NCBI GenBank assembly: GCA_051294905.1
Contig: CM119372.1
Coordinates: 17,176,001 to 17,240,000, forward strand
Reading direction: 5' to 3'
Length of the DNA stretch: 64,000 nucleotides
Source of the DNA: Botryllus schlosseri
Lineage: Eukaryota
Under the pieces are notes generated by a model. It ran no database searches. It had not been told where the DNA came from and saw only the letters and a list, made by a program, of their open reading frames with translations. Shown one piece after another: positions 39,152 to 50,876 of this stretch; positions within the stretch are counted from its first letter, which is position 1; each line of letters begins with the position of its first letter. Made by a program: the position numbers and the translations under genes.

Positions 39152-42100
39152 CAGACTTGGACAACTAGATAATTCTAGTTGTCTAATTTCACTAAATTAG
39201 AGCGAAATGCCAGTAATCTAATTCTAATTTAATTTGTGAAATGCTTCCGTGCTCTAATTCTAATTCTAATCTAATTTGTGAAATGTTCTTATGCTCTAAT
39301 TCTAATTCTAATCTAATTTGTGAAATGTCCGTATTCTCTAATTCTAGTTCTAATCTAATTATTGTTTTCCTGAAAATTCCTCTTTGTCCGAGGCATATTG
39401 CACTATTGCAGTGAGTTAAAAAGAATATCCCTCTTGCGCAGGGAAATCCAGTGCCAAGCCGCCATCTCCTTACTTACACCGTGCAGTCATAGTAGATATT
39501 ATGACGAACAATAGCCTGCTAGAGTAGCTTGTAGTCTGCGAACAACATTCTAGTTTCTAAAACCTTACGTTAGTACATCGCCATTCTGACTAACATGGGC
39601 GATGCCAGTGGCGGCTCGTGACAATATCGGGTGGTGGGGCAAGGGCTGCGAGCGACTTTTATCAACATGACGTCACAATGGCGTTTTCCAACGTAAAAAA
39701 GTAACTTTATGATGGTCACGTGAATTTCCCGACAACATTGATTTTAACGTAGGTGCCGCGAGAGGTTTGCCGTTGAGCCGGTGTGGTAACAAATGTTTTA
39801 TTCATTTTTTTTTTAATCAAAGGATTATTTTACAAAATGTACGTGAACTAATAATCGTCCCTATGCCACGAATCAATCATCAGGTCATCCTTAGTAGCAT
39901 GCGTTATGATTTCATGGTAGAGTTAGAGATTACGCAAATCGATAGGCCCTAATTTTTCTAAGCCCGTCCGAAAGTGTTTCGTACACGATCCTGGTGTGTT
40001 ACGACCACTGAGCTGGTGGTTACGACCAGGTGATAGGCAACCAAAGCGGAGGAATTCGGCGTACGATTGGATCAATGGACTGGACAACTTCTAGACCTCT
40101 AATTTTCGCTCTAAAGGCAACTGCGTAAACTACGTACGGAGCAAAGATTCAATACGATTCATGTTCGCACTTGACTTGACCTGACTAATTCCAATGACTA
40201 GAACTCGAGAGATTGCGTAAGCCTAACTGGAAAGGTCAACAAGTTCGGACACATACGCCATTGTTATCTCATAGATTGGGCCTGTCATATTGAATCCAGA
40301 ACATCAATTTGAATGGTCTTTGAAGAACTAAGGACAGCAGCCTCGGAACTTCGATCTCGGAACAACATAGGACATTTTGGCCTTGAAACTGGACACTGTG
40401 ACACAACACATACGACTTACTGTCTATAAGTCTGCTGCGACATCGCCGTTGGAAAATATATTTATCAATAAATACATGAATGAAAGCCGTAAACTTAGTA
40501 TACTGTTGCAAGAAATCATTGAAAAGTAGCATACGCAATCTCATAACCCATTCCGGCATGGTACACTGTCAAAATCAATACAAACAGACGAACACCGAAC
40601 TTTAAGTAAAATAGATCGAGGAATAGGCTGATCGAATGATCAGCTGTTAGCCGACATCGAAAATGAAATAGCTATCGCATTTGACAGGGGATTGCAAGCA
40701 AATGGTTTGAAGGCCACAATTTCACAGTGAAATGGACATTGGCGAACATAAAATTATGTGAATATTTGAATGCAAACCGAGAATCTTAGCTGTTTCATGC
40801 GATCATCGAGATATACCAATGGAAATATCATCACCGATCTCGTTATGGAACGCAGACTAGATTAGCACAGACCGACACCGGCTTTTGCGTGAGATCCGCA
40901 ATGATGAAGGTAGGCTAAGTATCAGATCAGCGCGCATCTCTACCATACTCGACCTCGAAAACGAAATAACTGCCTCAATCATTGAGTGTCAACTTTAAGA
41001 CTTGGCACCGCCTTCGATACTAAAATCAAGACATACCGTACAAAAGCTCATGACAGATCTAGGTATGGAACATCGTTAAAATCAATAGAGACCAATAACG
41101 GCTTTTGCGTAAATCTGTTAGCGATAAATGAAGAGTCAGCTCTCACTCGACTTTGGAAACGAAATTATCTGTTTGCTGTACAATGTACATGATAGATCAG
41201 CACACACTGAACTTCGGAATCGAAAATACTACCCTTATCTTTAAGTAGCAAGCCTGAAACTTGGAGCAGTGTTAAATACTACCTTCACGACATATCACAC
41301 CAAGTTTCAAGAATTATCATGGTGCGAAACACCGTCAAAATCGACCTATACCAGCAAAGGTCGACTCAACGCATATTACGGTAACCGAGTTCAGATATAG
41401 ATACGATTGTTACATCACACCTTAGCGGCGACCAGGCATATTTGCCCCGGTTGCTCGGCCATTTTACGAATAGGAGAGAGTAAATCACCGTTTCTTTATT
41501 GTGCGCGGCTTTGAGAGAATAGATAGTGAAAGCTTGTTATGAGCGCTACCGGGGCAAGCCCCGGCTAGGCATTCACAAAGCGAAAACGCAGAAGAGAATT
41601 CGATTTTCGCAGAGACTTCGCTATGTATGGGCAATGGGCATTTGCAAGCGAAAGCACAAGAAGAACGCGGGTTTCGCTGTGATCTCGGTATATATTGATT
41701 GCTGTGCGGCTATAAATGGTTAAATTGTTATTGAACAGAATTTTAAGTGGGGCAATGCCCCAGTTGCCCTATAGGACGAGCCGCCACTGGGCGATGCCCA
41801 CGGTTACCATAAAAGAAGTAATATTTCATTAAAGTATAGTAAAAATCGAGCCAAGCTTGGTGTACAGAAGTTAACCATTCTCATGGTTATGGGAATGCAC
41901 TGTTGTTGTTGTTTATTAAACAAAAATATGTGGCGCTTATCGCCTCACGGCCTTTTGCACCACGCACTGTGATTTGATGTGAACTGCATTTTGCTGTATT
42001 CATTTCCCATATACAATTTCATTCAATTTCCAAGTTTCTGCGAACTAAGTAGCTCTAATTCTAATTCTAATCTAATCTGGAAAAAGCTTAGTAGCTCTAA

Positions 42101-42280
42101 TTCTAATTCTAATCTAATTTGAGAAAAGCTGTGTAGCTCTAATTCTAATTCTAATCTAATTCGGAAAAACTGTGTAGCTCTAATTCTAATTCTAATCTAG
42201 TTTGAAAAAAACTGTGGAGCTCTAATTCTAATTCTAATCTAATTCAGAAAAGCTGAAAATTTTCTAGTTGTCCAAGTCTG
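39152..42280. mobile_element. hAT-like element with TCTAAT arrays
   Basis: TIR cagacttggacaactaga with 8-bp TSD ctctcgac. Confidence 0.9.
39606..41789. mobile_element. hAT element nested in the TCTAAT element
   Basis: TIR cagtggcggctcgt with TSD ggcgatgc. No intact transposase ORF. Confidence 0.88.
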
Positions 42281-42575
42281 CTCTCGACCAGACGAGCGAA
42301 TACACGTTCTCCTTCTCTTAAATTGTATTAGCGACCACATTCGTTCACAAAATAATTCTTGAGTTAGGTCCGTGATAGGCTCTTTCATTGGAGGCTTGGA
42401 GCGCGAAATAGGACAGTGTGTTTGTGTATGCCTGCGAATTGAAAGTCATTCCAGCGCAAAGTGCGCATATTCATTACTTTAACAAGGCTTTGCCAACTTT
42501 TATTGGGAAATGCAACAATCCAGCTCAAACGTAGTTATAATGAGCAAACAATTGTCGCGATGTCGAACTTGGAAC

Positions 42576-45443
42576 CAGACATGGGGTAATCGCGATTAGT
42601 AATCGTAATCGATTACGACGATTACAGCATTTTCAAGTAATCGTAATCGCAATCGACTACATTCAAAAAAATTCCGAAGTAATCGTAATCGTAATCGACT
42701 ACTTCCCATATCTAATCGATTTCTTTGTGAAAGTACGATTACTTTTTATTTGTACAAGGACTATGAAATGAAATGAATATTTGAGAACAAGGAAGAGATG
42801 TTATACCAGTTACGTGATAGCATAAGCGTCTGATTTTCAAATGCCATTGCTCATTATTACGTCAGAAGTAGCCTATTAGCTTTGCTAGTCATTGCGTAAG
42901 AAGTATCCACAGTAAATAGATATTGAATGTACGTGCATTAGTGTGATTGTAAGAACACCCACCGTGCTGTTTATCAGCTTATCAACACGTTCCACACGCC
43001 ATAGTACCTCGCAGCAGGATAATTAATCACCACTTTGCCTAGTTTAAAATAGTAACTTGTGCATTGATGTTTGGTTATGCTTAGTTAAACGCAGTTTGAC
43101 CGTTGCTGATTGACCGAGCAGTAGGCCATAGTGTCCTATATGGTGTCGACACAGGCAAATCTCACGCCTCAGTGAAATTGTATCACGTCACAATTTCCAT
43201 TTGGCTACAGGCAATTTGACGGTCATTTTTGACCGGCTTGCCGAGCATTAAATTTGGTAAAACTGGTATCAATCGAAAGCTGACTCTGCACTGATGACGA
43301 AAATATAAATTTTATTCCGCTCGCGGCCCTGGAACCCCCACAATGAAAATATAAATTTTATTCCGCTCGCGGCCCTGGAACCCCCACAATCAGCCTCGAA
43401 TTTTTCAATGTTATGGAGATTGGCATTGAGACGCAACAATGCTGTCTAGCGAAACGGGAGATTGGCATTGGGACGCAACAATGCTGTCTGGCAAAACGAG
43501 AGAGTTACTCTCTCGTTACTCTCTCGTTTCGCGAGACAGCATTGTTGCGTCCCAATGCCAATCTCCATAACGATGAAAAATTCGAGGCTGATTGTGGGAG
43601 TTCCAGGGCCACGAGCGGAATAAAATTTATATTTTCGTCATCAGTGGAGAGTCAGCTTTCGATTGATACCCATTTTACCAAATTTAATGCTTGGCAAGCT
43701 CGTCAAAAATGACCGTCAAATTGCCTGTAGCCAAATGGAAATTGTGACGTGTACAATTTCACTGAGCCGTGAGATTTGCTTGTGTCGACACCATATAGGA
43801 CACTATGAGTAGGCCTATGTAGTACGTACGTACACCGGACAAAGAGTTGAAATTTTGTACTCGTCAAATAAAACGAAGCATTAAATATCAACAGCTTCTG
43901 ATATATATCATAACCGAGCCGTTTTTGCCGTTTTTCGTAACGGCAGCTTGCAGTACATTATCAGTATTAAGTTGAAGGCAGAGTTTTATATTCTCTTAAT
44001 CTTATCCTCATATGACTCTACTGCCGTCAAAGCCATGCGCTTATATATCATGTTAGCGTGGAATATAGCTAGAATCAGAACCAAAACAGCAATTCGTCCC
44101 CAGTCTAAACGTTGGTCTTTGGCCCCCATAGGGTGATATTTTCAACTTGAAGACTAAATGTCGTCAATAACATTGGTAATTGCATTATTATATTATTATT
44201 AATCTTTAATCCTCTCTCTGCCCACGATGGTCAGATCTACGTCTGGTATCTTGTTATAATTACTTTAGTGTATCTTGTTAATTCATGGCCTCTGGTCTGT
44301 AATATAATCAAAAGATATTATTGTATCCCAAACGTAGCAGACTAAAAGAAAAAACTTTCGTGAGACGCACACACATATTGTCATGTCTTTAATGCTCTAT
44401 GGGTGTCCGGGAGTGGCATTTGCATTGTGGGATCAGATTGGAAGGACCAGACTATAGTCACGCCCACCCAGCGCGGCTATTGACAATGGGCTGGGCACAT
44501 ACCCTAAGTTTCGGCCAAGGTCTTTCTTTAGTAGCACACTTCGTGAAGTCGCGTGTTGGTCGAAACTGCATATGTCTTTTGGTGTGACGTGGCACGGTAT
44601 TGGCTGTAACCTAAATGCCTATTACTATAAATTAGGGTTACTTTTAAAACAAAAATCAATTTAAAGCGAACATGTTTATAAGAAGGCCCCTGTTTACAGC
44701 CCTTGTTTAAAACATGTCTTTTTATTATTTCTTTTTTTATGCAATGACGTCACGAATGTGGATTGACATTGACAATTGAAAATATTGGGTAAATATAGCT
44801 CCTTTGACGAGATATCTTTAATATAACTGTTGAACCGACTATTTTGAGGGGTTCCAACCCTCCTATATCGATGTATGTCGGCTAAGTCGGGTGGCAATTC
44901 TCCGTATAGGCTCATACAAAATGTTTTTCGAAAGCATTTACACAAATATGGCATAATTTTACAACTTGAAAAAACACAATTTTCAAGTTAGATAAATTTC
45001 TCGAAAATACTCCATAATTTATGTTGGTTTACGAAATACTTTTGAGTCCCCTTCGAGCTCGCTCCCCACCCTATTGGGAAATCTGGGGTGCGGCAGTCAT
45101 GGACCTGGCAAGAATGCAAATCGTTGGGTGCGATAAATCGTCCACTATAAAAATGGCCAATATTTACATTATGACGTAACAAGCAAATGACGCATCTTAT
45201 TAATGGAAGCTTGTTATCTCATTAGGCCTTTTCAGCGCAATCCATAATTGTCTTCCAATATAACTTCTAAGATGCAAAATAAATGTAATCGTGGGTAATC
45301 GTGATTACTTTTCCAATGTAATCGTAATCGTAATCCGCTACTTCCTGATTTTGCTGTAATCGTAATCGTAATCGTAATCGCGTCATTCAGGAGTAATCGT
45401 AATCGCAATCGATTACATTCATGAAGTAATCACCCCATGTCTG
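42576..45443. mobile_element. GTAATC hAT-like element, copy 4
   Basis: Same TIR, with TSD cttggaac. Confidence 0.92.
43127..43807. mobile_element. Foldback element with CATAG termini (P-superfamily-like) nested in GTAATC copy 4
   Basis: ~680-bp near-palindrome with 7-bp TSD agtaggc and two tandem duplications in the left arm. A related solo end lies at 51781. Confidence 0.85.
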
Positions 45444-45975
45444 CTTGGAACCCCAATGTGCTGTACGCAAGTTGAGGAATTACTGATTAGATGCGCACAT
45501 TCTCGTTTGCTATCATCTGTAGGCTTCTTATTCTCGTCAGATTTATACACTCGTATTCCATCGGTGTCACTTGCTAGTGTTTCATTTGTTATTAATACTG
45601 CGCATTGTGCAGTGCTCGGCGTTGAATTACGTTGTCAAAATTAATGCAACACGAGATTCTCGGTGGCGCAAATTCTGAATTTATTCGATTAGTTTTAACG
45701 GGAACCTTCTATGTTCCAATAAACTTCATTGCTGGACGGACTTTGTCGAGTGCAACCATATCGCGGATCGAATTTCAAACCTTAGGGATATGTATTTCTA
45801 TTGATAAGGCGGCGGCATGCGCCCATATTGCTCTTACTGCAATAACACGTGGATGATTAAAAGCGCACCATTTTACGATCAAATTCGACTGGCTGAACGG
45901 GGCCTACGTAGGCCGTAGACCCCGGGCTGATATTAATAGAGCGCTGAAGGCATAAAACCCCAGGTGCGTAGCCAG

Positions 45976-46492
45976 CAGTGATGAGCGGATAGTGCTTTTC
46001 GAGACTCCGAATCCCTCCGACAACTTTAGTGTCCGAGGAAAACTCCCTCCGACTCCGAAGAGCTCAATCCCAGACTCCGAGCTACTCCGATGAGTCTCGT
46101 CAAGTATCCGAAACAGTGGCAAGCGTGGTACATGGTACACATGGTACAACATGGTACACGTGATAATATGGTTGGCCTCATAGTATTGTCTACTCTCCAG
46201 TCCATAATTGCAGTGCAGATGGCTGATTTTTATGCACTTGGCAATCATTTTTGCATGTTACCCGTCATATTACAACTTTAAAAGGTGTCAACTGTCTGTG
46301 TTTTGGTTTGTAATCATAATCAATAGTGTATTCTGGTCAGAGCTATCCAAAGATATCGGAGACAAAAGTTACAATACTCCGAAATTCTCCGAAAAAATAT
46401 CTGTAGTAAACTCCGACTCCGCTCCGACTGTCGCAAAATCGGCAAAACTCCGCTCCGAATCCACTCCGACTCCGCTCCGACGCTCATCACCG
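45976..46492. mobile_element. DNA element with CTCCGA arrays inserted in the left end of another element (45961-46798)
   Basis: TIR cagtgatgagcg/cgctcatcaccg with TSD gtagccag; the right copy has an extra TA. Confidence 0.7.
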
Positions 46493-46834
46493 GTATAGCC
46501 AGGGAGTTTCTCATTCATAATTAGAAATCCCGTCCTTTTGCAATGCCAATTCGCTTATTCGTAATATCGATGCTGCGGACTGCAAAGTAGCGAGAATCAT
46601 TTGTATGCGAAATGGGTCATTGATATCTCATGTGCACTATCGTCGGTAGTTTGATTTATTAGGCATCAGCTTTTCCGCGCCAAAAGACACACCAAGGCAG
46701 ATATGTTTTTGCCAACACTAAGTGCGATCCCAGAAAGATCGGGGATACTTTTACCTCATCAAAATCCCCCCAGCCATTTTTTTCTGGCTACGCGCTTGGT
46801 CTGCACCCCCGTTTTTCTCCACCATGCTATTCGT

Positions 46835-46915
46835 GGATGCTGAGCGCCTAGCAGGATAGCTGAGGATACCAGTTTTCGAGTCTTTGGTCTGACCCAGCCG
46901 TGGATCGAACCCATC
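46835..46915 (-). mobile_element. Fragment of tRNA-derived SINE family B
   Basis: Reverse complement ggttcgatcc...ggtcagaccaaagac...ctggtatcc...gcgctcagca matches 55356-55695. Confidence 0.75.
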
Positions 46916-47193
46916 ACCCACCGATCAAGGAGCTGGACGCATCTCCATTACACTATTTCGAAAAGCTTTTAGCGAATAAATTAATAATATGAAGTTATTG
47001 TTTCGCGTTATTCTGAAGTTCTGTACCACGAATGGCTTGTTTAAACCCGACATTTCCAAACTACTAGAGTCAAAAGTTGAATTATTCGTTGCTACTTTTA
47101 CTCCATATGTATATAGTTTATCGGTACCTTCCATCAGTGACGCCAATCGGTTTACCACCTCCATGTAAGACCACGTGTCGTTTGTATTTGCAG

Positions 47194-47452
47194 TTCTGAC
47201 ACAGCAGACTTGTGCTGCGATGAAGTAACACCGGGCACCAGCGACCACATGCATTACATACTAGTGACGCCGTTAACTGTCACCGCTGCAACAGAACAAG
47301 AAGTATGCTTGTCGGTCCACCGAAACCACTCCGATGATCGATTTGAAGTCGAAGCTTCTATATCGCTTCATAAAACCAACGGGTCTTTCACATACGACCA
47401 CCATAATATTCTACTCGCGCCAGATCAGGATGAAACATGTCTGAAAATGCAG
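47194..47452 (+). CDS. A2M/TEP exon 2 (MG1)
   Basis: HYILVTPLTVTAATEQEVCLSV resembles A2M QYMVLVPSLLHTETTEKGCV. Sites are ttgcag| and cag|gtaaga. Confidence 0.88.
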
Positions 47453-47591
47453 GTAAGACACTTAACGACAGAAGACTGGAATCCCACGATACCGATGACT
47501 ACAACCGCGCCCTTAAACTAACCAATGATATGAATACCATTGACCTGACACGAATGATGTTTTCTTATTGGCAAATTTATATAATTTTCAG

Positions 47592-47720
47592 ATACCGGAT
47601 ATCGATTTAGCAGGCGGCTACTCATTTCGAGTGGCCAACGTCACTATTGACCTTCATATGAGTTAGAAGGGGCAATTCGGCGCATAAAGGCGACAAAATT
47701 GCTCACCATCCACCCGCCTC
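47592..47720 (+). CDS. A2M/TEP exon 3 (contains apparent 1-nt frameshift near 47663)
   Basis: The entry frame reads IPDIDLAGGYSFRVANVTIDLHMS* and the exit frame reads LEGAIRRIKATKLLTIHPP. The 129-nt length is incompatible with phase 0 to phase 1. Confidence 0.7.
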
Positions 47721-47801
47721 GTAAGCAACAACATTTCCAACGTGCACCGCATAGCGTGCATTGGTATCTTGAACGATGGTAATAATTCTTTTTGGTTTCA
47801 G

Positions 47802-47905
47802 ACATACAAGTGTTCATCAATACCGATAAACCCCAGTACAATCCTGGTCAGACTGTGTCATTCAGGATCCTGCAGTTGAACGGTAATCTTCCAGAAAATC
47901 AACTG
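47802..47905 (+). CDS. A2M/TEP exon 4 (MG2 start)
   Basis: IQVFINTDKPQYNPGQTVSFRIL is the TEP signature VF.QTDKP.YKPGQTV.FR. Confidence 0.95.
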
Positions 47906-48888
47906 GTAAGTTCCGTCAAATATCAGACCAGGTCACACACGGAGGTTGGGTGGTAACGGAGTACTCTACTCTTTGGGAGTACTTGCGCTAATCACTCGAG
48001 TTTTTATGTTTTCACACTATTTCTAACAGTTTTTGACGCAAAACTACTTACATTTTAAATTTGGCTTTTGCAAAATAGAAAGTAGTATTGAGATCAGTGG
48101 TTCTCAATCTTTCTGACCTCGCGGCACACTTTGAAAATGGAAATACTTCGCGGCACACCAGCACACTGAGCACAGTGATTCTGAAATATTTTGGCTCACA
48201 GCTAAGGCAAACTCCCAGAATGCGTATTGCAGCAACAACAGTCTTACATAGGTGGTCACTGACTTCTACCTTTCCGGAGCACTCAAGTAGGCTTTTCTCT
48301 GCTTCAAAGAAGAAATTAAGTTTCAGTTTATCTCTGCGGACATGTCACAAATACGTCTACTGATGGTGTCAATTGACATGGGGATCGTTTTCAATTCTTC
48401 CCAAACATTTCTTTACAATTTTATAACAGGTAGGAATAAGAACATTTTTTGATTCCGTGTGAGGTTTTGAATTATCAGCTATTACCTCTGTTACCACATA
48501 ACTGGCCTGCTGAGATCTCGTTTAAACTTCAGGCTGAGGTTAATTTCATAAGATTGACTTGACAATGAAGTCTGCCCACTATCTCATTGTCGATTTAATC
48601 AACCGTCGCATCGAAGAGTGAAAGAGTCCAATCACGATCGCCACTAAAAATACAGATGCCAAACGTATTTCCATGCAGGTCTTGTAAGCTCCTGTGAGAA
48701 TAGCAGAACCTCAATAGTCTTACTGACAGCCAGCCGCTGTTCAATTGTAGTTCCAACAAACCGGGATAATAAACCTCAGCGTCGGTGAAATTTGTTAACT
48801 GATATAATCTGATCAACTTTACTTCTCAATTCTCAAATGCTTCGCCTGCAACATTACGTTGCGCACTGAGCCTACGTTTTACCTGCAG

Positions 48889-49519
48889 TAGGGCTCTTCA
48901 AAAATGACTTTTTTTGTCAAATCGTACTGGCTACTTGATAAAATTGTTAGGTTACCTAATTTAAGGCTACACACAAAATTTGGTTCAATTCCAGCCAGTA
49001 ATCGCTTTGCTACAGGAGAAGAAAGTTTCTATTTTTTATACAAAAATAAATGATAAAAAATTTGAAAATTTTCTGTTCACCCCCTGAAATTGAACCAAAT
49101 CCAAATTTGGTTCAATTCCAGAGTTATTGCCGTCGAAAAATTTGGATTTGAGTAAAATAGTATTTACGGTGACCGATTCTTTGTTTATTTATTATAGTTG
49201 TGCTCACCGTAAATACTATTTTGTTCAAATCCAAATTTTTCGACGGCAATAACTTCGCTTCCACTGGTTGGAATTGAACCAAATTTGGTGAGCATCGTTT
49301 CTATAGACAGCATAACACTTTCATGGGGTGAACAGAAAATTTTCAATTTTTTTATTATTTGTTTTTACATAATAAATAGAAACTTTCTTCTCCTGTAGCA
49401 AAGCGGCCACTGGCTGGAATTGAACCAAATTTTGTGTGTAGGCTTAAATTAGGTAACCTAACAATTTTATCAAGTAGCTAGTACGATTTCAGAAAAAAAG
49501 TCATTTTTGAAGAGCCCTA
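48889..49519. mobile_element. Foldback MITE (TAGGGC termini)
   Basis: ~630-bp near-palindrome with TSD acctgcag. Confidence 0.9.
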
Positions 49520-49883
49520 ACCTGCAGTGCTGGCGCGCTACCTAACAATCGCAATCTGAATGGCCATGTTGGCAATTCTAATGTGTAAACGTGAACATCA
49601 CTTCCAAATTAGTTCATTTCTTTATGGTGGGAATGCCTGCCTAGGTGTTAGGCTCCTTCTCGTCCTCCTATCTGCAAAAACAGTGTCTTACAAAATGTGG
49701 GCCGTGCCATAAGTTGGCATCTCCGGAATCAAAATATGTAATATCGGTATGGAGTAAAATGATCATCGATGACGAAGACATGGGAAGAATACGACTACAA
49801 ATAGAAACAGAAAAAGGCCATCAACCTGCGTCATGTCCCTGTTCTGTCCCTGGTTCTGATGGGGTGACAAGTAAAAGGTGAAC

Positions 49884-49914
49884 CGGGGCCTACGATAAGT
49901 TATTGTAGGCCCCG
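49884..49914. repeat. 31-bp hairpin flanked by a 7-bp TSD (candidate excision footprint)
   Basis: ggtgaac[cggggcctacgataagttattgtaggccccg]ggtgaac. Confidence 0.8.
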
Positions 49915-50079
49915 GGTGAACACATTCGGTCACACCTCAACATCACGGTCCAATTGCCCGAGTTTAGTTATCTACCACCGTCCTAAATACTACTATATGT
50001 GGGCAAACTAGCGTATCACACCCAGTCTGATTCATGACCGGGTAGTAGAAAGTTACGCTGCGTCACAGATCGATGAGAT

Positions 50080-50347
50080 TCTTCGACCCTATACCTTGCT
50101 GTGCTCAGAGCGACTACAACAGTCATTAACACCAGTGCGATTTTCTGCATTTTTGATTCCGACTTGTAGCACGGCCCACTTCTAGGCTTTTTGTGAGACA
50201 CCGCGTACGTGGATGAGATGGCGAGGAGGAGCCTAGATAAACCTCCAACACTTAGGTAGGAATTCCAAAGTCGTCCTCGGTCGGACTCGAACCCGCAACC
50301 CGTTGGTATTGCAGCCGTGAAATATAGCACTGCGCTATCTCGCCACA
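50080..50347 (-). mobile_element. tRNA-derived SINE family A
   Basis: The reverse complement has A/B boxes and a body matching 33896-34167. Confidence 0.82.
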
Positions 50348-50876
50348 TCGCCACATCGCGTGTCTTGATATAGTAAATTAAATTGAAAAACCAACAATGA
50401 CACACTCAAAATGTGGATTTTTGTTATACTTCGACCTATTTTACCACATTTGCTCGCGGCACACATGAGCAGTCCAATTGGCACACTAGTGTGCCGCGGC
50501 ACACCGGTTGAGAACCACTGATTTAGATATTGGTTTGTATCTCTTTTATGAGTGAAATTGTTATATTAACTGGTCGGAATGCCGCCTAGATCATGGTCGG
50601 GGAATATATTTCGAAAATTGCTCTATATTAGTGGAGTCATCAGTCATTTGGCATCATCTCGAAGATACCTCCCGCGATTTTGAAAGTAATTAATTTCTGA
50701 TTTACTAATAATAATATGCGACACATTGACCAAATCCACTTATGAAAAGTATTTACGTGAGTACTTCTCCAACCATTTATTTCTACTATATTTGAAATCG
50801 CCACTTTTACTTGTAATTGACTGGAAATTTACAGGAATACTTTTTAACTTTATTTCACCTCGAGTAGAAAAACTGA

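Larger units (their letters stand above)
48095..50520. mobile_element. hAT (Charlie/Buster-type) element with nested foldback, SINE and footprint
   Basis: TIR cagtggttctcaa, gcggcacac subterminal motifs and TSD attgagat/atttagat. Confidence 0.85.

Noticed and set aside
39950..41500. Transposase or captured gene inside the nested hAT
   Set aside because: There is no long ORF and no motif I can assign confidently.
42048..42245. Regularly spaced ~28-bp repeats with short variable spacers (CRISPR-like look)
   Set aside because: The spacers are about 12 bp and similar to each other, there are no cas genes, and the array is the subterminal TCTAAT region of a TSD-flanked transposon in eukaryotic DNA.
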